A stretch of 64,000 nt of DNA from assembly GCF_036321535.1 (NCBI RefSeq), contig NC_087437.1, positions 14,448,001-14,512,000 on the forward strand, in the 5' to 3' direction. The translations under genes were made by a program, and so were the position numbers. Source of the stretch: Camelus dromedarius (Eukaryota). The stretch's first letter is position 1, and each line of letters begins with the position of its first letter. Below are positions 24,349 through 36,800 of the stretch, piece after piece. The notes beneath the pieces are model-generated. The model made no database searches, was not told where the DNA came from, and was given only the letters and a program-made list of their open reading frames with translations.

Positions 24349-27052
24349 TGGTGGTCCCTGCTGAGAGTTGAGAGGAGCTTCTCCCTGCCAGGGTGGTAAG
24401 TCGCTTTGACAGCAGGTTTGGTGTGTCAGTTGGAAACCTGAGTAACTCCCTGCCTTCTGCCTGGTGCTGTCATGGAGTTCTCTGGACTCGAGCATGCACA
24501 GGGTCCCATTTTATCCAGGCATTTCTTGACAGAGGAGGGAGCTGGCCAGGGAGTTTTGGGGGGAAAAAAAGTTATTCAAAGTATCTTCTTTGAGGAGCTG
24601 TACTCTATTTGTCAACATCACGATCTGAAATAATTCCTAGCCTATTTATGTTCGTGGTGGTGGCTGACCCATGGGATCCTGCTGCGTGGTTCAGCTGCTG
24701 TTAAAATATCTGATCTTTTAGAAGTGGCTCAGGAAAAACAGTGTCAAGTAAGAGTTACTCATTTTATCCTGCCCACCCCCGAGAAAAGAATTTGAGTTAT
24801 TAAATTGCAGAATGAGTTCTATCATTTGTATTGTTGCTCTCAGAAATTACAATTATGACAATAAAATGAATTCCTTTATCTGCAGACAGATGAGTTTGTC
24901 ACTCTTAGCACCTGCCTCTGGATGGCACTGGTAAGAAGGAAAGTAGGTGACACAGGCAAGCACGTATGAACAGTGTTTTACCTGAATGTTACCTAAATTA
25001 TCTAATTTAATCAATTGTGCTGTTCAGGGAACTCAGAGAAGCTCAGAGAGTAAGGAAAGTGCCCAGGGTCACTAAGCAGGTTGATGGTGGCCGCAGTTCA
25101 AACCCAGGTATAATTGGTAGCAAAGTTCATACCACACTGCCTCCGGACACATTTTGATATTTTTTTTTCTCATTTGAAAGAACAGATATGGTTTTTGTGA
25201 ATAATTAGCCTCACCCAGGTGTTTTCCCTTGATAGAGACGCTCCATACCCACCCCAGATTCAAGCCTTCTATCCGCAATGCTGTCTTCAAGTAACAAAAA
25301 TAGGAAAAAAAAAAACTGAGGAAGGGGCTCAGTCCACAGTGCAACAGCCAGCCCTACTGTATTCTTTGCTTTGCACTCTTTCCTGTATGCTGGTTAGGCT
25401 ATTTGTCAGTAATGTTTTTAGACTGTTAAAATTTCTGCTTCTCCTTATCACAAAGACAGACAAGACAAGGTTCTGATCAGCAGATGTCAGCTATAAACAC
25501 AGGGATTTATTCCTTATTATTCCTAGCAATTTAAAATTGAATTCCAAGGATGAGCCAAATGTCAAGCCATCAGAAACAGCAAGGACATACAGAGGTTGTC
25601 TTGGGAGCAGGATTCCTTGGTACCAAACTGAAGTAGCTTCCTGCATTCTTCCAAGCTCTGGGGAATCAGAGGCTTGAATGCACATGGAGTGTTCTGTTGT
25701 CTTCAAGGGAACTTATAATTACTTGCTTAAACAAGCAGAATTTACAGTAAGAAAACTTAAGGACATGCATTGATAGCCTTTTATTATGGAAAAAAAGCTG
25801 TGTTGTAAAGATGAAAATGTTAATAGTTTGGGGTGGCAGTTGGAAGTGGAGCATATATCTCTGTCATAGTCATTTTCCCTGAGACTTGCTGGTAGTCAAC
25901 CAAAAGACTGCAGTATTTTTAGCATTGATTGTCACCCGCAAAACACACAAAATGAAGAGCTCAAACCAGGAGCCAGGAGTTGTGGCAAACTGGAACAGAA
26001 GGGAAGAGGATCAGTTAAGAGCAGCGGCCATAACGTGGATCATCATCCATAGACTAGGTGTGAGCCATTTTTCAGTGCAGGGTTTATCACCTGTTAGCAA
26101 GCCCACAAGAGTGATTCCCAAGGAACCGCTTAGAGTCTCTTCCTTCAAAAAAATTCTCAAAAGAAAAGAATAAAACAAAGGGAAGGGAGACCAAACACAG
26201 TATAAAGATTGAGGAAGATTTTTATGTATATTTGATACAGGTACTCCAAACTTACCAGACCACTTTTTTTGTTTAATTGTGTCAACTTTTTGCAGGTAAA
26301 TGAACTTTTAACAAACCCTAAGGAGCTATTTGAAACTAACCTCTGTTGAGTTTCTACTAACTTTTTAGAAACTCATGTTCTTAGACTGCTCAGAGGCCTT
26401 GGTTTTACCATCTGTGTAGTAAAGGAGGCAGCGCAGATGGTCTGTAACGTCTTATGATATGTGACCACAGTGGGTAGGTATAAATGAGTTTAGCTGTCAT
26501 TTGATGTGCTAGACACACAATGAATGACTAGGGGAAAATCAGCCAAGGACAAGTGGCACGTAGCTCATTAGAATCCTGTCTGGTCTCTGCTGAGCACGCA
26601 CAGCTTTCTAGGCCAGAGCTAAGGGGGCTCTCGGCCAGGCTCTCTTTGGTTGTTTCCTTCCCTGGGTCTCCTTGTTAAATTTCTGGCTCGTCTGCTGTTT
26701 TGTGCTTGTCCCAACCAGTATCGAGACCTCAGGCAGCTCATGATGTTAGCCTTTCCTTATTGTTTGCCACCGAGATAACTATTGTTTCCAGCAGTGCCCA
26801 GACAGGAATTTTTCCATGCTCTGCTCCAAATAAAGTCAGCCCCCTGCAGCAGGGCAGAGAACTGCCAGTTCCCACAGCCTTCTCCATCTTCTGAGGCTTG
26901 AGTAGAATTTTCAGGTAATGAAGCTGAGATGGGCGGGGGCAAGAGATGGGACAATCCCTGGCTAAAATGTCACAGACGCCCACTGTTCTTACTGAGATTT
27001 AATAGGTTTTCTTGAATGAATCTTTAACTTGTATTAAATTTCCAGAATCTTT

Positions 27053-27139
27053 TTTTTTTTTCAGCTTGGACATTCCTCTTTATTGTTCACATTCTAACCC
27101 AGTTTTGGTTTTTTACTTTGTTTTGTTTTATTGTTTACT
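27053..27139 (-). pseudogene. Orphan L1-mediated retro-insertion (mRNA 3'-end retrocopy or 3' transduction)
   Basis: 16-bp TSD AATTTCCAGAATCTTT at 27037-27052 and 27140-27155. Minus-strand AATAAA (27079-27084) lies 17 nt before the poly(A). TT/AAAG endonuclease-type site. Confidence 0.85.
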
Positions 27140-27165
27140 AATTTCCAGAATCTTTAAATGGTCAT

Positions 27166-27696
27166 TTTGTTTTGTTTTTATTTTTTATTGAGATACAATT
27201 GACACGTAAATTGTATTAGTTTCAGGTATACAAGATAGTGATTTGATTTGTGTATAAGTATATATTTTGAAATGATTACCACAATGTTTATTTAACATCC
27301 ATCACCACACATAGTTATATTTTTTTCTTGTAATGAGAACTTTTAACATTTTTCCTCTTAGCTTACTTTCAAATATACAATGAGATAGTGTTAAGTATAG
27401 TTACCATGCTGTACATTACACCCCCAAGACCTATTTATCTTATACCTAGAAGTTTGTACCTTTTCACCACCATGACTCATTTGTCCCATCCCTACCCTAT
27501 ACATACACCCTGCCTTTGGTAACCACAAATCTGTTCTCTGAATCCATGAGTTTTTTTCCCTTTAGATTCAACATGTGAATGATTATACAGTATTTGTCTT
27601 TCTCTGACTTATTTTACTTAGCATAATGCCCTCAAGGTATATCCATGTTATCACAAGTGGCAAGATTTATTTTTTTTTTTGGCTGAATAATACTTC

Positions 27697-27742
<46 letters not shown>

Positions 27743-30295
27743 ACAGTTTCTTTACGCATTCATCAATTGATGGACCCTTAGGTTGTTTCCATGCCTTGGC
27801 TATAATAAATAATTCTGCAGTGAACATAAAGGGGTAGAAATCTTTTTGAACTAGTGTTTCCATTTTCAGTTAAATACCCAGAAGAGGAATTGCTGGACCA
27901 TATGGTGGTTCTGTTTTTAACTTTTTGAGGAATCTTCACATCGTTTTCTATAGTGACTACACCAATTTATATTCCCACCAACAATGCACAAGGGTTCCCT
28001 TTTCTTGATATCCTTGCTAACACTTGTTATTTCTTGTCTTTTTGATGATAGCCATTCTGACAGGTGTGAGATGATATCACCTCAGTGAAATCTCACTGTG
28101 GTTTTGATTTTCCTTTCCATTATGATTAGTGATGTAGTGATGTTGAGCATTTTTTTCATGTATTTGTTGACCATGTGTACATCCTCTTTGAAAAAATGTC
28201 TATTTGGATCTTCTGCCCATTTTTAATCAGATTATTTAGTTTTTTTCTATTGGTTTTTATGAGTTCTTTATACTTTTTGGATATTAGCCTCTTATAAGAT
28301 ATGATTTTCAAATATTTTCTCCCATTCTATAGGTTGCCTTTTAATTTTGTTGATGGTTCCCTTTGCTGTGCAGAAGCATTTTGGTTTGATGTAGTCCCAT
28401 TTGGTTGTTTTTGCTTTTTATTGTCTTTGCTTTTGGTAACAAATCCAAAAATCATTGCCAAGACCAGTGTCTAAGAGTTTATCCCTTATTTTTTTTTCCT
28501 AGTTTTATGGTTTCAGATCTTACATTTAAGTCTTTAATTCATTTTGTGTATAGTGTAAGATGGTGGTCCTGTTTTTCATTATTTTGCATGTGGCTGTCCA
28601 GTTTTTTCCAACACCATTTAATGGAGGAACTGTTCTTTCCCCATTATGTGTTCTTGGCTCCTTTGTCATCAGTTAATTGACCATGTAGGCATGCTTTCCC
28701 CCCGAGCTTTCTATTCTTTTCCATTGATCTATGTGTCTGTTTTTATGCCAATACTATACTGTTTTGATTACTAGCTTTGTAGTATAGTTTGAAATCAGGA
28801 AGTGTGGTATCTCCAGCTTTGTTCCTCTTTTGCAAGACAGCCTTAACTATTTGGGGTCTTTCGTGGTTCCATTTAAATTTTAGGACTGTTTGTTCTATTT
28901 CTGAGAAAAATGCCATTGGAATTTTGATAGGGATTACACTGAATCTGTGTATTTCTTTGGGTAGTGTGACCATTTAATATTCTTTCAATCCATTATTATG
29001 GACTATCTTCGAATTTATTTCTATCTTCTTCAGTGCCTTATAGTTTTCAGTGTACAGGTCTTTCACATCCTTGGTTAAATTTATTCCTAGGTGTTTTATT
29101 CTTTTTTGAATCTTATTCAAAATATTATTCTGCTTTTGTATCCTGCAACCTTACTGAATTTATTAGCTCTAACAGTTTTTTGCTGGAGTTTAGATTTTGT
29201 GTATATAATATCATGTCATCTACAAATGGAGAGAAGTTTTACTTCTTCCTTTCTGATTTGAATGCCTTTAATTTCTTTTTCTTGCCTAATTGCTGTGGCT
29301 ATGACTACCAGTAGTATGTTGAATAAAAATGCCAACAATGTCTTGTTTCTAATCATACAGGAAAAGCTTTCAGCTTTTTACCATTGAAGATGATGTTAGC
29401 TGTGGGTTTGTCATATATAACCTCTTTTATGTTGGAGGTGCGTTTCTTCTATAACCACTTTGTTGAAAGTTTTTTTATCATGAATGGATGTTAAATTTCT
29501 CAAATACTTCTTCTGCAGCTATTAAGATGATCATCTGATTTGAAGCCTTCATTTTGTTAATGTGGTGAAATCACATTGATTGTGATTGACTGATTGATCT
29601 GTGGATGTTGAACTATCCTTACATCCCTGGAATAAATCTCACTTGATCATGGTGTATGAGCCTTTTAATGTATTGTTAAATTCAATTTGCTAACATTTTG
29701 ATCAGGATTTTTACACTTATGTTCATTAGGATATTGGTCTGTAATTTTCTTTTCTGATAGTGTCCTTGTCTGGTTTTAATATCAGTGTAATGTTGGCCTC
29801 ATAAAATAAGCTTAGATGTGTTCCCTTCTCTTCCATTTTTTTGGACAAGTTTAAGAATGATTTGTATTGATTCTTCTTCAAATGTTTGGTAGAATTTTCC
29901 AGTGAAGTCATCTGGTCATGGATTTTTGTTTGTTGAGAGATTTTTGATTATTGATTTAATCCTCTTGCTAGTAATCAGTGTGTTCGGATTTTCTATTTCT
30001 TCATGATTCAGTCTTGGTAGGTTATATGTTTCTAAGAACTTATCCATTTCTTATAGGTTGTGCAGTTTGTTGGTGCTCATACTAGTTTCTTATGATTTTG
30101 TATTTCTGTGGTATCAGTTGTAACATCTAGCTTTCATTTCTCATTTTATTTGAGTCTTCTTTTTTCTTGGTGAGTCTAGCTAAAGGTTTGTCTATTTTTT
30201 TTAAATTTTTTTTAAAAAAACAGCTCTTCATTGATCTTTTCTATTGTCTTCTTAGTCTCTATTTCATTTATTTCCACTCTGATTTTTGCTATTTT
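27166..30295 (-). mobile_element. 5'-truncated L1 (L1MA-type), about 3.1 kb, with decayed ORF2 and a (TG)n tract at about 27703-27741
   Basis: ORF 28743-28973 ([10 protein letters not shown]...[17 protein letters not shown]) and ORF 29726-29911 (FYEANITLILKPDKD...KENYRPIS) are ORF2 remnants. T-rich tail at the left. Confidence 0.95.
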
Positions 30296-31289
30296 AATAA
30301 GTTTCAACAAATTTGGTTGTTTTCAACAATTTGCCCAGGTTTATCTTTGCTTTCTGGGGCAAATATTCACTGAGCTCATCACTCAAGCATTCCAGAAATC
30401 CTACCTTTTCTTCATATATTTATATAATTTTCTTAAAAATATATTTTATAGTTATATATCTTGGAATTGGTGCATATACACTCTAGTTGTAAACGTCTGA
30501 GTTCCTTCAGTTGTCTCTATGAGCCCTGCAGGTGCAGATCACCATGACTTGGTCATAAACCATACTGATTTAATGCAAGTAATCAATTATGTATATTACC
30601 TCATATCTATTGGTAACTTGAAATATTATGTCCATAGGCATTATCCTGTGAATGGTAGAATATCTGAATTTTTAAATTCAGAGACTAGGTTGCTTTGAAA
30701 AAATATTATTAGCTGGGCAATTTTGTACTTTATAACTCTGACAAGTTTGTAAGTTTTTTTGTTTGTTTTTGAGGATAACGTTTGAGCAGGATACAGGTAA
30801 GGGGTGGTAAAGAGTCTTAAAAAACACCTCCACAAAATAGAAATTAAGTGCAAAATTGATTGCTCTGATCTCAGTCTATTCCTTTTATTTACTCCATCCA
30901 TTTTCTGTAGTGCATAAAAAGTCTTAAGCCATGATCACATCTGAGTGATGGAAACGTATCACATTACCCGGAGACAGAAAATTCAAATGAAATAAGGCTC
31001 TGAGAATGAGATAGCAACTTGTAATGATTCATTTATTTTGTTTTCTGTAATCATTATATATTGTGCTAAGAAGCTTTTAAAAGTATTTGCGTATGTCCCT
31101 TTTCCTCACCAAAAACATTTTACATGTGCCATCTTGGGCTCCATGTCAGTAGTGGAATGAGCTGTACTTATCACAGTAGTTTGGGGACAGGCCCTCACTA
31201 TAGAGGTTCATTCAAAGTATCCAGCTGACCCGATCATGATGGTACTGCTCAAATCTTTTAGGATCAAAATTATTTAAAATGAAGGTTAA

Positions 31290-31630
31290 GGAATCTAAGA
31301 AAAAAAAAAAGACAAATGAACTTATTTACAAAACAGAAACAGACTCACAGACATAGAATACAGACTTGTGGTTGCCAGCAGGGAGATGGGTAGGAAGGGA
31401 TAAACTGGGAGTTCGAGATTTGCAGATACTGACTGGTATATATAAAATAAACAAGTTTATACTGTATAGCACAGGGAAATTCAATATCTTGTAGTAGCTT
31501 ACAGTGAAAAAGAATATGAAAATGAACGTTATGTATATTCATGTATGACTGAAGACTTGTGCTGTACACCAGAAACTGACACAACATTGTAAACTGACTA
31601 TAACTCAATATAAGTAAATAAATAAATAAA
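31290..31630 (+). mobile_element. Young lineage-specific L1 3' end
   Basis: Closely similar to the copies at 34490 and 63239; (TAAA)n tail. Confidence 0.9.
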
Positions 31631-32374
31631 TGTTAAAATCATACCATCTATAGTGGAACAGTTGATATCCAGGAAGATTTGAGGACAGGTGGTCTAAGCT
31701 GTTGAGGAAAGCAGGCACAGATCTTGCTAGCGGTCAGGCTAGTTCCAAGGCTATGGTGCCAGCAAGGCCATTGTGGTGGAAACAGGCTCACGGCCAGTGA
31801 CTGAGGTACTGGGAGCAGAGCCCATCCCCTGGGAACTGGACAAGTCTGGTGGTTGGTAAGAAAAAACTGCAATGAGGTGGACATATAGGTGGCCTAGAGA
31901 CCACTCTAGTCCCCGTAGATACACCTGGGCAAGAGCAACAAAATCAACCTCGGGCCCCACCTGCCCAGGGGATGGGCTGCTGATATCCAAGAAGTAATCT
32001 GGGCTGAGGCTGCTGGTAAACAGCCTTCAGAGCCTATGGCTGTGCTGAGGCAGGAGGCCAGGACTGACATATATAGTCATCTTCTCAATGCCAAGGAGAT
32101 GTCATTGTCTTTATTCATAGTGAGAATTAACAGTCACTGCTGCTGATGCCACTGAGGGTGACACAAATACTACAAGGCCCAAACAACATAAAGACAAAAT
32201 ATTCCCTCTTGTTTTCATGATTATTATTGCTGGTAATAAGGCACCCCAGGTTAGTGGGTATGACTTTGGAATGGAAGTTGAGAGTTAGTGCTTAGCTCAT
32301 TGAGATATTACAGAAAAAAAAAATCACAAAATTAGAATGAATCTTATTTTTCCACTGTCCTGGATACTGTTGGG

Positions 32375-32599
32375 CAGAAGTTTCTCAACTTTGGCACAAA
32401 GAATATTTTGAACCAGAAAATTCTTTGTTACAGGAGAGGACCAACTGTCCTGTGCATTTTGAGTTGTTTTGCAGCATCTCTGGTCTCTACCCACCAGACG
32501 CAGGTAACACCTCACTCCCTCAGTTGTATAACCAAAAATGTCTCCAGTTATTACCAAAGGTTACCTGGGGCCAAAATCATCTCCTGTTGAGAACCACTG
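32375..32599. mobile_element. MER20 (hAT-Charlie)
   Basis: CAGAAGTTTCTCAAC...GTTGAGAACCACTG terminal repeats; internal ctgtcctgtgcatt...ctctacccaccagacgc...accaaaaatgtctccag. Confidence 0.9.
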
Positions 32600-33214
32600 C
32601 TGAAGGCTACACAATAAGGCTGTGTAAGACACGGCTCTGTTCTCAAGGAAGTCACAGTCCAGTTGGGTGGACACTCCTAACATACATGGATACTTCAGTT
32701 AAAAAAAATTATATTTGGAATGGTGTGCTTCTCAGCACGCATATGAAGAGAGTTAAAAACAGAGGTTGGGGTTGGCTGACATGAAGAAAGATTCTGAAGA
32801 GGGGTTAGAAGTGGAAGTAGATTTAAGGATGGACAGCATTTATCCTGTGAGGAGAGTTGGGAGGGCAGTTCAGCTGGTGGAGTAAGGGTGGGTTTCAGTG
32901 TCAGGAGACCAAGCACACAGCGCTGCTCAGGGTGGAGGCATGTGTTGGGAAGCAGAGGGACAGAGGCTGGGCCAGGGAGCTGCTGCCCAGAAGCAGAATC
33001 CCAAACTCCGTATTTCCCTGCTCCTTGAAAGTCACATTCTCAGCATGAAGTTAGTTCTAAGAAACAAGCTTTACCTGTATTCAGTGTGATTCTGCTCTTC
33101 CCCTCTCCTCGTGTGATTAGATAAGATAATAAAATGTCTCCAGTACTTTGAACTAACAACCTGTGCCCCCTCATTAGGAACTCTACTTGATAAGGTTACT
33201 AGTGAAGTGCAATT

Positions 33215-33445
33215 ACATCTAACACTTACTGGGTTTTCACCATGTTCCTGGCACTGCTCTAAATGCTTTATGTATGTCTATTCACTGACTTTCAAAACAG
33301 CCCTAGTTGTATTACGTTGTCATTTTCTTGATTTTACGTTATGAGGAAACAGGCATGGAGAAATTATATAAAGTTGTACAACTAATAAGTGAAATAGACA
33401 GGATTTGAAAACAGATGATTTGGCTCCATTGTCTGTGCTTTTAAT
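33215..33445 (-). mobile_element. MIR SINE
   Basis: aacacttactggg...ggcactgctctaaatgcttta...atgaggaaac. Confidence 0.7.
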
Positions 33446-34489
33446 CTGTACTGTACTCCCTCTCTGCCCATGCTAATAGCTTGTCATGTGTGACACAGAC
33501 AGCGAAAAACAGCAGTAGTAAAAAGAAGCATGTGGCACTCCTATGCAGAGCCTCTGGCCTCCTGGAAATCCAGAACTCTTCCTGAGGCATGGACTTGTCT
33601 TCTGGGAGTTTATATTCCAGGGCTGAATTTAAAAGGAGCTCAGCATTTGGAATTAATATCACACACTACTTGCATATGTTAAAAGTACTAGAAACATATC
33701 TTGCTTTAGTCATTTTTTACAATGGGATCTTTTGAGTTTGTCTCATTTCCAGATTTTATAGACTGATATAATCGATTAATACTTCCCATGATATTAAAGT
33801 GCATTGTGTTCATCTAGACCTGTTATAAAAGAATGTTGTGTGTTTATAAAGTGCATTTTCTATTACATTATTTATTTAGCCTTATAACAGCTCCAGAAAC
33901 AAAACCATTTATGAAGTAGAAGAGTTTACATTCATATTTTCATTCCTTTACCTTTTATTATTGCCTGGTATGCTAAAAAGATGCAACTGTTTTCCAGATA
34001 AGGAAACAGAGGTACAGAGAGATGAAGCCAATTACCCAAGGAGGCAGAAGCAGGGCTTAGGTATGGAATTTCCTTTAGTCCCTGGGTAAATCCTCACTGT
34101 GCTGCACTGTACTGGGGAGTAGAGAGCCAGTACTCTGCCTCAACCAGGAGGATGTCCTGCCAGCCCCAGTGCGTGCTCCTCTGCCTTCACTCATTGTATT
34201 TTCCTGGTCTGGAGAGCTCCCTCTCCTCTCCTCTCCTCTGGTATGCCAAGTTATGAACATCCCACAGGTAGGGGAAGTCTTCCCTCTTACCAGTATCGTA
34301 GATACTGGCCATGTTCCTTGACCTCCCTGGAGTCCCACTTTTCTCACCTATAAAATGTATGCAATATGACCTGCTACCACCTGCTGAGAAGATTTTAATC
34401 AAAGAAACTCAATTAATGACCATTCTGGTGTTTTCACCTCTCAGCCTGGCCTATTTTGAGAAATCTTTCTTTGATTAAAACTTTTCTCT

Positions 34490-34858
34490 AAGAAAAATAC
34501 CATATGATATCACTCATATGTGGAATCTTAAAAAAAAAAAAGACAAAGGAACTTCTTTACAAAACAGAAACAGATTCACAGACATAGAAAACAAACCTAT
34601 GGTTACTGGGGGGAAAGGGGTGGGAAGGGATAAATTGGGAGTTTGAGATTTGCAGAAACTGACTGGTATATATAAAATAGATAAACAAGTTTATACTGTA
34701 TAGCGCAGGGAACTATGTTCGATATCTTGTAGTGGCTAACGGTGAAAAAGAATATGAAAACAAGTATGTGTAATTCGTGTATGACTGCAGCATTGTGCTA
34801 TATACCAGAAATTGACACAACATTGTAAACTTACTATACTTCAATTTAAAAAAAAAAC
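34490..34858 (+). mobile_element. Young lineage-specific L1 3' end
   Basis: Near-TSD AAACTT(T)TCTCT at 34478-34489 and 34859-34869; poly(A) tail. Confidence 0.9.
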
Positions 34859-34929
34859 AAACTTTCTCTGATTAGAAACTCCTCTCCTGTGAATGCTTAA
34901 ATGAGTCCTTTGGCGTTGGTTTAAAGTTG

Positions 34930-36800
34930 GATGTAACAGTATGAGCAGTATGAAGTTAATATACATAGATTTTCTAGCTCTGTTTCCTGAGAAGGCCTAG
35001 GAATGGCAGAATCCCTCTAGCAATGAGTGTACCTAGTGTCCAGATCTTGGTTTCTAAATACCCTTTTCTGGTAAAATGAGCCAGTGCTCCTTGGAGAAAT
35101 GGCTCATTCTAAATCTGGGAAAGGAAAATATCAGATAAACCTAGAGCATCTTGTAATGCCAGAAAGTAAGAAAATGGTCAAGGAAAAAAAAGAGATAAAG
35201 ACCATCTTAAAAAGACACAGAAGCAAATCTAAAAGAACCTCCAGTGGCCAAAGCTGGAGTAATTTTAGCAAGAAAATAAACCAATATCGTATTGTGTAAT
35301 CCAAAGAAAAGAATAAGTGTCAATGATACCATAGTAATATTAATAAATAAGTGAGGAGAGAGGATAAATATTCCTTAAAAAAGAATCTCAATTATTAAAT
35401 ATAGAAAATATAGAGATAAATAGAAAATCATCATTAGAACACCAGAGTAAATTGCTGTAGGCAAGATCAAGGAATACTAAAATTCAGGCAAGACTTTAAG
35501 AGATGGTGTATTTGCATAGATTCAAAGTATCTCTCCCCAGATAGTTATTACTGTGGTGGTTTTAGCATATGTTGAAGTTCTTTGAGACTTCTTCCTCCAG
35601 TCGGTGAAGGTCAGTTCTTCTCCCCTGGAGTGTGGGCTGGGCTAGTGACTCACTTCGAATGAAGAGAGAATGGAAAGGGAACGTTAGTAATTTTCCAGTG
35701 GAGAAACCTGGCAGACCTGAACACCACCTTACCTGAATAATCAAGGTGAACTCCACCAGTAATAAGTCATGTTAACATCGTGTACACCCTGATATCACGC
35801 GACGAAGAGAATCCTTCACCTCTGTGGTGCTCTTCCCTCAAATTCACAACCCCACATCCAGGAGCATTCTACAAAATGCCTGCGCCGTGCCCTTGAACAG
35901 TAACAAGGACATGAAAGAGTGAAGGCAAGGAAAGACTGAGAAACTGTAATGGAGGAAAGGAGACTAAGGAGGTGACAACTAAATGCAATGTGGGACCCTG
36001 GGTTGGAGCCAGGAACAGAAAAAGGATATAGGGGAGGAAAAATTCCCCTTTACCCACTTAGGATCTTTGGCTGGACTTAAGGATTACACTGACATAAGAC
36101 TGTTAACAGAAGAAAAGCATACAAGTTTTATTCAATTTCTGCATGTAGATGAGGGCCTTCACAGGAGAATGAAGAGCTTGAAGAAATGACCAGAGCAGGA
36201 AGGTTTTCCACCTTTTAAGCAAATGGTAGATTTGTGATGAAAAGACAGCACAAAGGGGTTGGACTGGGGGCAGTAGGTCGCGGGGAAGGCAGTGGGACAT
36301 AGATGGGGTGGGAGGGAAACCAGTGGACATAAAAGTTATTTCAGTCAGTTTGTACAGACCCATTTCAGCCTTGATTCTCAGTCTCTGTGGATAAAGATGC
36401 TCTTCTCATCCTGATCCAGGGAGGGTACCTTTCCCATGAGAAGCTTTATGGCCTGTTTTTAGGTAGAAAAGGAGAGGTCAGAGAGTCCTTCTGCATTTAC
36501 TCTTTCCTAAGTGCCTTTAGTTCTTAATAATCATTTGCCAAAGTGGCATATTTTTGAGAAGCATGTCCTGAACTCCTTCAAGGACATTAGTAAAAAAAAA
36601 AAAAAAAAAAAAAAAAAGACAGGGAAATTCAAATGGAGTGGGACTTTAGTCAGTAATACCGTACCAATGTTAACTGCTTAGTTTATAATTATACCATGGT
36701 TATATAAGATGTTAGCATTAAGAGAATGGTATACAGGAACTCAGTACTATGTTTGCAGCTCTTCTGTAAATCTAAAATTATTTCAAAGTTAAAAGTTTAA
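34930..36800 (+). mobile_element. L1MC-type 3' UTR split by an LTR
   Basis: actaaatgcaatgtggg...ggaacagaaaaagga|cattag...ctgtaaatctaaaattatttc reads as continuous L1MC 3' end once 36027-36584 is removed. Confidence 0.8.
36027..36580 (-). mobile_element. Solo ERV1 LTR (MER34/MER39-like), 554 bp
   Basis: 4-bp TSD AGGA at 36023-36026 and 36581-36584. Minus strand starts TGAAGGAGTTCAGGACATGC...AAATATGCCACTTT; minus-strand AATAAA near 36128. Confidence 0.88.
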
